From contig NC_068998.1 in assembly GCF_001194135.2 (NCBI RefSeq), positions 22,728,008-22,792,007 on the forward strand: a stretch of DNA of 64,000 nt, written 5' to 3'. The DNA comes from Octopus bimaculoides. Its lineage: Eukaryota. This document shows positions 51,701 through 64,000 of this stretch, piece after piece (positions within the stretch are counted from its first letter, which is position 1; each line of letters opens with the position of its first letter). The position numbers and the translations under genes are program-made. Below the pieces are notes generated by a model. That model was given only the letters and a program-made list of their open reading frames with translations, searched no databases and was not told where the DNA came from.

Positions 51701-54700
51701 GAGCTATCGGAATAAATGAGAAGACTATACGCTAAATTTCCTGGTTAGCATTCATGTAGGGTGTCAGAGGAGAATCAACTTCGTTATTTTAACTTCAAGG
51801 AGATTGGCCATTTTATTTACACTACAAACGTAACTGTGGTTGGTGTTATGAATTAAATATCCATTAAATGCTAGTAAATAAATAACTACTTTGATTTTTA
51901 TTATAGGTAAATACTGCTAAGAGTGGAACAACGATTTGGATGAATCTGCTAGCAAATTATTTCACAGTTTCACGTGATATCACTAGCGATTATTATGATG
52001 TATATCTTAGCTAGTATTTACACAGAGTCCATTGCTTTACATTGTATACTATCATGTCACGCTGCTGGTCAAAATCATGCGTGACTGTTAGGCATATTTC
52101 AACTCTCATGTGTAGATTCATTTCCTTAATGTCGTTTGAACATCATTTATTCTGACAGTTTAAAGTTTCTGAATGTATATTTATGGTTTTCTAAAAAGCA
52201 TAAATCAATTACCTCAACAGTTAACTACAAGACGAAAATGAGTTTACTAGATTTCAAAAAGTATAAATGTAGCTCACCAGACTGAAAAATGTATGGAATT
52301 GTGCTAACAATATTTGTAGGTCATATATGATATTGATTGATAAGTAAAATAAATGAGTGTTCTAGTTTATAACGAAAAAGAGATGTATTTGAAAAGAATC
52401 TATAACATATACCAAATATCAGTGTTTAGATTTTGTATAGAGATCGTAATACCGTATGTGAAGTTAAATTATTACAGCTATAGAAAAAATATGTACTAAT
52501 TTTCAGAACATCAAAACTGAAAATTGTCTACCTGAGTTACTAAATAGTTTTCAATATCAGTGATGTGAAATTCTGAGCCAATAAAGTCCAAGTTACATTT
52601 TGATGTACAAATGCATTAAAAAATTCCCAAATATAAGAAGTTCATATGTGATTTCACATAAACTTGAAAATAAGGAACCATTCATGTGACATAATACTCT
52701 ACATATTTTCATCTAATGCAATATGAAAATTACTTCTTATTTCCTAACATAGCAGTTTCTTCTTCATTAAAATGGTCAGTTCAGCTCTAGTTAAAATAAT
52801 GTAAACACTTATATTTCATGATCTTCAGAGGTATATTCCGATATATTTATATCTGATGGTTCCATTAAAGAGATAATTATTTTACATTATTTGAATGAAG
52901 TAAAATTCATTTTCTGTTGTATTTATATATTACTGGACCACCCTTGGCTTGTTGAGTCACCTGGAAAATCTGAATTTTTCAGCAACAATATTTTGTTTCG
53001 GTTTCCTTTTTCTTTTCCAGGCTATTTCGCATGCTTTCAAGGAATGTGACACCCACCGAAACCACGTGTAAAAGCCTCCTTTACCCAGAAGGAGAAAGGT
53101 TTGGCTGCTATTTCTTGCTTGCCCTGCCACCACGTAAAAAGTATTTCGGGTCCTTTATAGCAAATAGCTGTTGCATGTAACAGGGTGCGCTACAAATAGC
53201 AGCCACACCTTTGGAGCTGAGATACGTTGAATGCACTCCAAAAAATATTTGTAATAATATTCCGCTGGGGCGATATTTCGTTTTGACTCTCAGAAGAGTC
53301 ATCCGTGAAAGAGAGGATAAAGTGAAAGATGTATGAACATGTATATGAAATGGACGCGTGCATGTGTGTGTGAGAGAGAGAAAGAGAGAGTGAGAGATTC
53401 ACTTACACATACATGAGAACACACACGTTCATTCACTGTCTCTCTATCTTGCATACACATGCAAGCGTACGTACAAAGCAGATGTACTCTTATGCATAGA
53501 TGTATGTACGTATACATGACAACACACCCCTTCACTCACTCTCTCTTTCTCTCCCTCTCTCTCTTTCACATACACACATCTATTTCATATACATATATAT
53601 ATATATATTTCACAGTCTCTTCTCTTACCTTTAAAACAAAAGTAAATAAATATTTTTTTCCGAAAATTAAAGATCTGAGAGTCGAAACGAAAGATCTCCA
53701 TTCCTTTGAAAATAATTAACAAAAAACTTTAAAATATTGTATGTTTAAAGAAAGCTAAAATATAAACATTTACTGCACAAACAATTTACAGTTTTGAAAT
53801 CACTTTCAGTTAAAAATATTTCTAAATGATTAAAATATTGTGTACGTCAAAAAGATGACTTTCTTCTTCTTAGAGATCGCGAACATTATGTGTGTGTATA
53901 TGTCACAGATATCGGACGTGTGTTTGTGTTGATTTACACGGCATGGCATTCATTATATATGTGTGTAATCTGTATGTGCGTATGCGTGTTAACGTCAATA
54001 AAGCCACGTTTGTTTTTTGCCAAGAAACACAAATTATGCTTAATTGTTTTCATTAATAAATAGAGGTTCAAATATCACAAAGACTTTGACTGCACTGCCG
54101 AAAGTAAGTCTGGACAGAGATGTGCAAAAATAATTCAGATAAAATATACAATTTCTGAGATAATTCGTGTACATAGAAACATCTTGTAGTGCTTTAGTAT
54201 TATTAAGATATGTATATAAGACAAAATACAGAAATAAACACAAGGAGGCATAAGCGATAAGTTCACCACCACGCTAAAATTGATCACTACTTTCTAAATA
54301 ATGTTTCCAACGTCTTGCTACCTTGTTCGAAGACCCCTTCTTCGTAAGGGAGAATTTAACATCTTTCCAATGTATGGCTGCTTGTAAGAGACGCACCCTT
54401 CTAATGAAAAAAGTTTGTTTTAGTAATAATTAGTATCTTATTGAAACGTACATTTGATTGCTCGCCATGAATAAATATAAAGCTATAACTATGTACAAGA
54501 CGGTATACTAAACTTTCAATGAAATGGAACTGACAGAACTAATCATAGTGAAATACGAAAAAAATATGCTATTCCGCATGCTTAGAAAATAATGATTGCA
54601 ATATACAAGAAAGAAATATTGAATAATGCAAGAAAGTTACTATGAAGCAGGAGTTTAACTATTTGGAGAAGTCATTGTAATTTCGGAGAGGAAAGGGTAT

Positions 54701-55049
54701 TCTGGTGTTGGGAATGAAACTTAGCTGCTTGACAGAATATTTCTATTCAAAAGCTTGTTCGTTTCCACGATTCAAATGAAGTTAGTGGGACAACATCACA
54801 TAACCGTTAATGCATATGACAAACAAAAAGGCTGGTTTGCGCGCCCCCACACAGTTATATATACGTTTGTATATACATATTACAGATTAATGAGGAGTTC
54901 TAAAGAGAGCTGAACAGGATAAGGACTTCAGCGAAATTTTTTTGCTCTAAACTACTTACACTCGAACCAGTAATTTTTTATATATTTACCTCGTTCTAAT
55001 GTGATGTTTTATATATTCACCTCGTTCGTACTACAGTGCATTGGAAGGT

Positions 55050-55880
55050 CGTGAAGTTGCACGAGAGACAAAATACGTTGCACGTCGCAAATGCTTCTGT
55101 CACAAAAATCGGTTGAACGCAGATGTCCTCTCAAATTCACTTTCATTCAACCTTGACCGGATAGAGGGCAAACAATTCTTATCTCATTCTGAAATTGCCT
55201 TACAAACTGAAGTAATATTCTTTAAGAGATTGAAGGCAGATTTTCCCTCAAGAAACGTCGATTCCTTCAGTATGACGAAGACCATAACATGGGACATAGA
55301 TTCTTTCACTTTTGTTGCTAATTCTTATATTCATCTCTCTTAACAGAAAGATCCAAGGATCTAGTGTATGAAGTCGGTAACATTCGAGGAGTCCGTAGTA
55401 GGTACAAAAAGCAAATTTCACTGGTGTAAAAGGCTGTAGGTTTTTCCTATATCGAAATACGATACGCAGAAGAATGTTTATTTGTATTTCACCGTTAGCA
55501 TCTAGTGTTGCTATGAATATGAATAAAAACTCAGATTGAGGGAACAGAGCCGGAAAACCCACACTACATAGGTGCCCTTGCTAGCAGAACCTCGGAAGTA
55601 ACTATTACTCAACGAAGGGAACTCCACTTGCTACTCATCAGGCAGAAGGTCTTTGTGAATATTAAGCTGTGGTCATTTACGATAAACTGCTTGCCTCACA
55701 AATAGCATTTTATATAGATGTACAGTATCAAAGGAAGAATCGAATTATGTATATAATGCCACCCGCAAAATCAAGGGAGGAGTTGGTAACCATTCGGATA
55801 GCTTTAAATCTCAAGCGAGAACAGCTCTTCCTTATCTGTGCTCATTCAGTACCTAAGATAAAACTGAGTGCTATAAAATT
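55050..55880 (-). mobile_element. Possible highly degraded APE endonuclease region of a CR1/Jockey-like LINE
   Basis: Scattered frameshifted motifs GYQLLP..(A)GG..YI.R, TRSLDL(F), NLRGHLRSTD; weak. Confidence 0.35.
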
Positions 55881-56294
55881 GAAAATAGTCCATCGTTAGC
55901 CATACCAAACCGTGTAACGGTTATCACAACAAATGCCATTTTCCCTCACATTGTTCCTCTCTTCACTTGCAAATCCACCTTATCTCTTCCTTTTCTTCTC
56001 ATTCCTGACAATTTTACTTCTAAATAATCCTTTTCTTTCTCTTTTTAATTTTCTTTAACCCTTAGTCTATCACTAATTGGTATATCACTAATTACCAAAT
56101 GGATCTAATAGACCCAATATTTTTCTTTTAATTAAATTTTATTCAAACTACCACTATTTATTAGCTACATTATATATACTATCTGGTGAATGAAGAATTA
56201 CAGTTTCTCACAAATTTTAATTAAAAAAATACGGTTTACAGAATATATTATATTTTTTTAAAAACTACTACAATACAGGATAATAGCTCTTCAT

Positions 56295-57944
56295 GGCAGT
56301 GAATGCAGACAACATTGGAATGTTCATGGCAAACATGGATATTACAATTCTTACATGTAGTACGAGTTTTCTTGTCTTTATGGGGGCCACACAAACATCA
56401 TTATCCATTTTTCATTGACTGAGGAATCTTAATTGTGGTTGAATATTTTTTTTCTTTTGGGTTGAGAAATGTTAGCGGAACTAGAAGATTGTTTGTCATG
56501 ATCTTGTTTAGCATTAACTCCAGCAAGTTCCTTTCCTAACTGAATTAGGCACTGTCTTTTATTCTTGAAACTTTGCAAGTGAAGCTGTTTAGCAACAATG
56601 AAATCATTGAAGTTATGTTGTAAAATATAACCATAAGCCACCTTCGAGTCATTCTTGTGAAAATGTATGTCCCTACCATCTTATCTAGAGTATCTACTCC
56701 TCTGTTTTGTGGTAACATAATGACTTCTGGTTTCTTTGCAGCACTTTTTGAATCAATTGAAGGCTGAGAGTGCATTATAGTCGTAAGTGTGAGAACATAA
56801 TTTTTCTTGGGACAATAAAATATGATTATAGAATCCTTTTGAAATCCAAATATTGTGCTGTTCATTTCTCTTTTTTTCCATTAGTGAAATCACTTGGAAG
56901 TTCAACTCTGTTCTTTCTAATAGTTCCAACTAAAGTAGTTTTCTTGCTAAGCAGCTTTTGAGCGAATCCTAGATTTGTAAAAACGTTATCACAAGTTCTA
57001 TTGCGACCTGTATTTTCAAGTTCTTTTACTAGTTCTTCAACAACTCTTGAACCTTGATATGTCTCTCTCCATTTTACTGGGTTTTTTCCAGTGGAGACTT
57101 GAATTTTCCAGGCATAAGATATTTCACAGTCGCCTATTGCCCAAATTGTAATTCCACATTTCCCTGGTTTTGAAGGAATATATACCAGGAACGGGTAGCG
57201 CCCTCTGCATGAACTTGGAACATATCCATCTTGCAAATTCTGATTCCACATTTCAAACACTTCTCTCGTGGGCTCCAATTTATCATCGCTTCTCTTTTTT
57301 CTTCTTGCAACAAGCATCATCAAAACGCAATACTTGTAAAATCTGTGGAAATCTTCCCCGCCTCATAATTTTGTTGAATATTGAACTACCATCTGCTTGA
57401 CTCCATAGCTGTGTAACATATTCATATTTTGATTTATAAACGCCTATAAGAACAATCAGTCCAATAAATTTCTTTATTTCAAAGTGATCAATTTCCTTCC
57501 ATTTATGTTTGTAAACTGCTTGACCTTCAGCATTTGTCCATTTACGAATTACTTCAAAGAGATTTTGGCGCGTAAATATAGTAAAACAGGTTTCAATGCT
57601 ATCACAAAACCTTTTAGCAAAACGGGATGGTCCACATTCTTGGTGAAGAGTATTGCATGATGACGTTCTTACTGCTGTTTAAGTAAGAGGATTAGAATGC
57701 CAAACTTCCTGTCTGTCTCTAGATACATATTGCTCATTCATAATAGGGTAGCTACCAGATAATTGTTTTTGAGTATCTTCATCATCTGATGACGCAGAAC
57801 CTAAACTCTCCAGCATGCAATCACTTTCACCATCATCTTCAGAGCAATAGAAGGAATCACTACTATCTTCTTCCCATTCTTCATTTAATTCCAATAACCT
57901 TTTTTCTATATTTAATCTTCACTCAAATTTTCACGTCGAGGCAT
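56295..57944 (-). pseudogene. Disrupted piggyBac (PGBD4-like family) transposase
   Basis: Acidic N-terminus; YIPSKPGK.GI.IW; TCDNVFT (second D); GTIRKNR; GVDTLDKM (third D); C-terminal Cys-rich C..C...KT..TC..CNIHVC.EH; many stops and frameshifts. Confidence 0.9.
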
Positions 57945-57964
57945 ATTTGAGTGAAGATTAAATA
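57909..57964. other. Perfect 20-bp inverted repeat with a 16-nt loop
   Basis: tatttaatcttcactcaaat (57909-57928) and atttgagtgaagattaaata (57945-57964) are exact reverse complements. Confidence 0.95.
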
Positions 57965-58567
57965 CCGAACTCTAGGAAACTTGATAGCAGACTAAAGGCA
58001 GATATTGGTCTCTCACATATCTATACTCTCCTGAAAGATGATGCAATATATTGTAAGAATTGCCTCATCACATAGAAATATTGCAACACCCTGTAATCTA
58101 GCAAATTGAAGGTGATGCAATAGCACACGAATTTACAGGAATATTTTCATAATTTTCCCTATTTTATCTAAAATTCAGCAAATAAATTGAATACAATGAC
58201 ACAAGTGGATTCAAATTGAATACAATTTTACCTATTTTATATCTGATAAATATCTAGGAAAATAATATTTGATACTGGCTTTATTCTGTTTAGAATGACA
58301 AGAGTATTGTCTGAATTTAATTCGAGGGTCCAATGTACCCATACGATAATTAATGAATAAAGTGAAATTTCCTATTTGACAAATAAAAGACAATCAAGAA
58401 AAAATATGAGTCACGAGAAATCAGCAGAATCAAATAATATAAACAGTAGGGAAAAGCAACTGAAAAGGCTGAAGGACAAATGTATATAATTGGGCGTGAC
58501 AATATATGTAACCTGCTTCATTTCCTCAGTTTTTATTCATATACATACGTACATACATACACGCACG

Positions 58568-58570
<3 letters not shown>

Positions 58571-58640
<70 letters not shown>
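58571..58640. repeat. (TC)n(AC)n microsatellite
   Basis: Direct read. Confidence 0.95.
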
Positions 58641-58641
<1 letters not shown>

Positions 58642-59455
58642 TATTTATATATACATGTCTGTGTTAGTGCGGTGTGTGTGTGTGCGCATTAATATATATA
58701 CATATATTGTATTGAAATATGTGAATATGTATTTCTCTCATTAGGCATAAACGTTATTTCAGAATAACTTCCTGCAACTTTTATTTTGCTCAATGATTAC
58801 CGTTACTTATCAATTTATTATTATTATGATTTATTTTCATGGTAACAATTAACCTAGTGAATTGCGAATGTCTGAAACAATAATTATCTCTATAACTATA
58901 GTTATTGAAACATTAGTTACAAGACCGCCACGTTGACAAATAAGATGCTCTTCAAATGACTTGTATGTCGAAGTGATTACGTCTTGGAATAATTACATTT
59001 TAACAATAGATTCTTCTGAGAGACTAGTATACTTTTAGAAATTATATAATACATTTATTTCTTTATGGTCACTAGAATTACTAGAAATAGATAATGAATG
59101 TAAAATCACGCTTATTTAATCTAAACATAGTTAGCTTCAATGACGTGATGCTGACAGCCGAAGCCTTTAATGAAGAAGTTGACAGTTATATGTGTGTACT
59201 CAGATACACACCTTAATAACCAGTAATGTTTCATAAATTTGGATGAATTTTGAAAATGTACTGTCATTAATTTTCATGATATACCATAACGTAATATAAT
59301 AATAATAATAATAATAATTAAATATCAATTTCTTTGTAAACTATGTTTTTGTATCAGTGTTGTGGATACGTATATTTATTGTTTGTTATAGTGTCGGTAC
59401 TAATAGTGGTATTAGAGAAATGGTAGTGCAGTTGCTTAGCGGTGATCGTGCCTGC

Positions 59456-59613
59456 TGCACCACCGCCTGACCTTCTGCACCACCGCCTGACCTTCTGCAC
59501 CACCGCCTGACCTTCAGCACTACCGCCTGACCTTCTGCACCACCACCTGACCTTATGCACCACCGCCTGACCTTCAGCACCACCGCCTGACCTTCTGCAC
59601 CACCGCCTGACCT
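59456..59613. repeat. GC-rich 20-bp minisatellite, ~8 copies (caccgcctgaccttctgcac)
   Basis: Direct read; 0-2 substitutions per unit. Confidence 0.97.
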
Positions 59614-62600
59614 GCCTTGAAATATTTTCACAGCATACTTTTAATTTCTCATGTTTCCGTTTTTCTACTCTTCATATGTCATAAAAACCGAAAGAAAAGT
59701 AAGATAGTTTTTTAGGACATCATGAAATTGTTCTGCTTCCGTTGTTGCTTTAATTAGTTGTATGTACCCTTTTACAATAGAGTTTGCGTGATTAGTGGTA
59801 GATGTGATACTTGTATTGTAATTGGTGTTGCTATTACAATTACGTTCTTCTTTGATAGTCTATGATAATGCGGATAGCGTTGTCCAAGTTGTAGGTGCTG
59901 ACAAGGTTGCTGTTATTTTTGCTGATTTTGTGCATAATTTTACTAGTGATATCTCTGTTGTTCAGGTATCTCTTGGTACGAGATATTGCTAATGTTATCG
60001 TTGTGTGAAGAGAATCGACAGTAGTTGTTTCTTCCGGACTGTTTTCTTCAGGAGTAACACATGTTCTAACTGCATTACCCTTCAAATCACGAACATGCGT
60101 ATGCTCTTGGTATGCTGAATAACCCGGGAATATATTTGTGACTAAGTTGATTCGTTCTGATCCGAATCTCTGTTCCTGTACCCGTGCAATAGCCTACTAG
60201 CGCCTTCTTGGGTTGCTTGCACTTTGCTTTTGATAATTTTCTTTTTACTAAGGACTGCATTGTGAAGTGAGAAATAACAATTTTTGGTGGGAATATTGGA
60301 TGCATTTCATTTACCCACTTGGTGACGGAAGTAGAAAAGTATGAGGACCAGTTTCGCATTTTCAGCACTAGATAGAGTGGTTTATGTTTTGTTTCATAGG
60401 AAACGTTACGTTCACAGCGCCGAAAATATTCTCTCTAGCTACACTTAACATTGCTCATTTAATGTTTTGTTTTCTTTAAGATTGTTTCGCTAGGCTCACA
60501 CTTCTCTCTGATAACTTAAATATTTCAGAAGACTGATCTATCATGGCAACGTGCAACACATTCTATTCTTGTATAAAAACTTATATATCTGTATTCTCAA
60601 CGGCGACTGAACCGGTGTCAATGAGTGTGTTATATGTAGAACTGATATGAGTAGTTTCTATTACAAAAAATGTGGTGCTGCTTTTGACAGTATTGGTAGT
60701 ACTATATTTACTATTGCTATACACCTAATGTTACTGTAGTAGCTGATAACTTAGCATCGGTTGTTGTGGTGGTGGTCATGTTATAGGTGATATTCTTTTT
60801 CTTGATATTCTTTTTCTTAACTTCGCTTTGTCATCGAGTTGCATTTTCCATTGCTACTGTTATCGTAATTGCATTTCCGTAATGTTCAGTAGTGGTGATA
60901 TTTTTAACAGATTATTGTTGTTTTTATTTGACACGTTTTCCCCCCTTCGTCATACTACCTATCTGTAGTATGCTGGTTGGTTTGCTTGAACTCTTCAAAA
61001 GTTAAACTCCCGAATGGGAAATATTTGGTACTTTAACAGAGTGGAATGTATATTTGCTGAAGCACACTCTTATCTCTTCACTGCCTTAGACCCACCTTCA
61101 GTTGACCAGGTATGAAAAACCACGTCACCTAATAAAATGATGTGTATACAAAACATTCGGGAATATTGTCCTATTTGTCAATGAGTATTACATCCAGATA
61201 TTTCTTGAGAAAGAGGGAGTCAAAGATGAGTTGTTTTGGAAACTGCAGTAAAAGTAATTTCGTTTTAGCAGTTACCTTATTCCCACTTGCAGGGCATTAT
61301 TTCCTTCATGACATATTAGATCTTGCCCATCAAACTTAAGCTTTTCGTAGTAGGGAGATTAACTCGTCTCTCAATTTATATTTTAATTGATGTAGTAATG
61401 CTCGAGCATTCTACCAGCACCTCAGGACATATCTCGGATAGGTGAAATTGTATGTACTGCCATGAGAGTACATTTTATCACGATGACCCAGTTGGCGCTG
61501 CCATGCTTGAGATTTCTGGGTATTATCCAAGGACCCCTGCTCGAAAATAGTCCGAAAAGATAAAACAGTGGCTTTTCAATGACACCCAGGATTCCCTCAG
61601 AGAACGTTTGTTCATTTACTCGCCATTAATCATCTATAGCACGCTATGCTTAACTATCTCCACATTGACAACTAGAATAAGACAGAACACAAAACACTCA
61701 GTGCTAACGTCCTGCGTCGATATCTGATGCAGTTCGTCAAACAAACCGTAACCACATTTGCTCACCATCAATGAAATTTTGGATATGACGTAGCCCTAGA
61801 AAATGTCTACGCGTCATTAGCAACGGCGTTTAACTACTTCCATACATCAGTTGTTTGAAGCAATTGTGCCGCCTGACTCTTCATAAACAATGGAGGATCA
61901 ATGGTCCATTTTTGTCAGCCATGATGAAGAACAAGCATCAACACCCAAACGCTTACAAACATCCTACGTATACAGTAGTAGAATAATTTAGGGCAGCGCG
62001 TACAAACGGGGAAAACGAAGACTCGCTTGACAGAATAGTCGTATAATATTCAACGATTTTGCTATTTCATCGTTTACTCTGATCACCTGAAAAATTTTAC
62101 TACATATTGTAGCAATCTTTCTGAAGACGGACCTTAAATATCGTGCAATCGGGGCAGCCGCCAAATACTGACAGTGTTACAAGCTTTTTTATTGATAAGC
62201 ACCCCAACAATATCAGGTAATTGGTTGACCCTGTTCATGATATATCGCGTGAAATGGATGTTGAAGTCAATAGATCTTTTGCTATAGCATACGGGTGTGC
62301 CATCACATACCAAAATATTGACGACAAACATTAACCTCTAATCTCAGATCTCGTAAAAATATTTCTACTCTACGTTAACAGAACTAGAGGCGTGAATGTG
62401 TTAAAGTTAAACCTCCGGTTTGTGGACACCTCATTTTACCAAAACAACCACATCTCTTCTTGAAGGAACGCGCATTTTCCTGTTCTGCTGCCAGCTAATG
62501 ATACAATTTGTTGAGCAGATATTCCGACTCCGGTGAATTCTACCATTCAACCCAGGTGACAGACGCAGAGAGAATAAGCTTCACATATTTCGTCAGCTGT

Positions 62601-62787
62601 TATTGCTTTTCGATGAACTTTTTAACAACCAAGAGCCATCGCAAGATATGCATGTTAGGGAAGAATTTGGCAGCCTCTGTCTTTGCAAAACATTTGTTTC
62701 GGTAAATAAGTTATTTAAATTAAAAAAATTATAACAAGATTTGAGAATTCTTCAGGAGTCAAAGTGGAAATTACTTACAAACCAGAT

Positions 62788-62788
62788 G

Positions 62789-62881
<93 letters not shown>

Positions 62882-62910
62882 CTACTGCTGTTGTTGTTGT
62901 TGTTGCTGCC
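62788..62910. repeat. Compound (ACT)n(GCT)n(GTT)n microsatellite
   Basis: Direct read; accounts for the poly-L, poly-S and poly-A/V ORFs. Confidence 0.95.
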
Positions 62911-63019
62911 GCTACCACCATAAATGTTCCTCTGTAAATGTTCTTGCAAGCAGCCCAATTGACCCACGGATAGTTAAAACGGAAGGGCAAGAAGTTTGAC
63001 GGATGTAATCCTTTTAAAG

Positions 63020-63106
63020 AAGGGATAGTTTGGACGTGGCAGATGAAAAAGATGAAGAAAGTGCTGATTATTGTTGGAGCATTGGGGACAGTATCAACAT
63101 TTATAG
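63020..63106 (+). mobile_element. Old R4/Dong-like RLE C-terminal fragment
   Basis: Translates to WTWQMKKMKKVLIIVGALGTVS. Confidence 0.6.
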
Positions 63107-63344
63107 AGGTGCCTTAGGTATAATAATAAAAAATATTCAGACACATACATAACAAAAATACCAGGACTTACAAATATATATAACATACAGAAAATTGCAC
63201 TACTGGGTACTGCACACATCCTACGCAAAACACTTTCAATACAGTAACCTTAAGAGCATCACAGTAAACCACAGCACATACCCAAGGCAGACAGAGCTGC
63301 GCTCGGTAGTGATGTGAAAGCACGTTATAAAAATAAAACTACTG
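63107..63344 (+). mobile_element. Young, short 3' copy of an R4/Dong-like LINE with an (AAT)n tail to 63391
   Basis: GALGII...IQKIALLGTAHILRKTLSIQ* plus 3' UTR; roughly 93-95% identical by eye to 63729-63965. Confidence 0.9.
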
Positions 63345-63390
63345 AATAATAATGATAATAATATTAACAATAATAATAATAATAATAATT

Positions 63391-63965
63391 ATAGAGCTGG
63401 GACCTATATACACTGGAATCTATGCCAACACTATGGAAGAACAACAGAAAAGATATGGTATAAACACACGCAAGAAAAGGTCACAGAAAACGAGAAAGCA
63501 ACCATACTCTGGGATATGCCAATACACACAGATAGAGAAATTAAGGCAAATAGACCAGATATAGTTATCAAAGATTGAAGAAAAAAAACGCTTTCTAATT
63601 GATGTATCAATACCAGCAGATGACAACGTTTCCCTAAAAGAAATGGAAAAACTTTCAAAATACAAAGACCTGGAAATAGAGATAACTCGAATGTGGAATC
63701 TAAAAACAGAAACAATTCCTATCATAGTAGGTGCCTTAGGTATAATAAAAAAAATATTCAGACAAATACACAACAAAAACACCAGGGCCTACAAATATAT
63801 ATAACATACAGAAAATTGCACTACTGGGTACTGCACACATTCTACGCAAAACACTTTCAATACAGTAAACATAAGAGCACCACAGCAAACCACAGCACAG
63901 ACCCAAGGCGCACAGAGCTGCGCTCGGTAGTGAAGTGAAAGCACGTTATAAAAATAAAACTACTG
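63391..63965 (+). mobile_element. Young 5'-truncated R4/Dong-like LINE directly after the preceding (AAT)n tail
   Basis: RAGTYIHWNLCQHY...ILWDMPIHTDREIKANRPDIVIKD...LIDVSIP...KYKDLEIEITRMWNLKTETIPIIVGALG...; tail runs to the window end. Confidence 0.92.
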
Positions 63966-64000
63966 AACAATAATAGTAATAATAGTAAAAAAAAAAATAA

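Larger units (their letters stand above)
56055..58353 (-). mobile_element. piggyBac transposon relic
   Basis: TTAA-CCC at 56055-56061 and TTAA at 58350-58353, with related subterminal motifs (atggatctaatagaccc versus atgggtacattggaccc on the reverse strand) enclosing a decayed transposase. Confidence 0.75.

Noticed and set aside
59354-59631. Repetitive Gly-rich ORFs and a CRISPR-like look of the 20-bp array
   Set aside because: A 20-bp period is not codon-compatible, there are no unique spacers, and the context is eukaryotic with no cas genes.
61400-62700. Possible degraded Gypsy-like pol (IFNDFAISS...DHLKN; RNase H-like tail)
   Set aside because: Motifs are too eroded to assign by eye and no LTRs are visible; needs a profile-HMM search.
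62741-62990. Poly-L, poly-S/N and poly-A/V ORFs
   Set aside because: Translations of a compound trinucleotide microsatellite with no splice or homology support.

Overview
AT-rich, microsatellite-dense eukaryotic DNA with about 15 N-gaps, nearly all flanked by simple repeats. The SINE and LINE repertoire matches what I recall from Octopus (coleoid cephalopod) genomes; this is inference, not a database result. I cannot support any host protein-coding gene, and most ORFs in the track are microsatellite, N-gap or transposon artefacts. The window looks intronic or intergenic and is filled with decayed mobile elements: at least six R4/Dong-like RLE LINE copies tied to (AAT)n tracts, two Penelope-like (GIY-YIG) fragments, CR1/Jockey-like LINE remnants, a piggyBac relic, a hAT (Buster/Charlie-type) transposase fragment, a Tigger-like MITE and at least three tRNA-SINE families. 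The most notable items are structural RNA/DNA features. (1) A 282-bp foldback element at 3630-3911 carries a complete type I hammerhead ribozyme motif in one arm and a truncated antisense copy in the other. (2) A decayed minimal hammerhead lies at the 3' end of a Penelope-like element. (3) An old ~1.3-kb inverted duplication spans 47252-48564. (4) A Dong-like LINE and a Penelope-like element are fused head to head. (5) A perfect 20-bp hairpin encloses the inferred piggyBac start codon.
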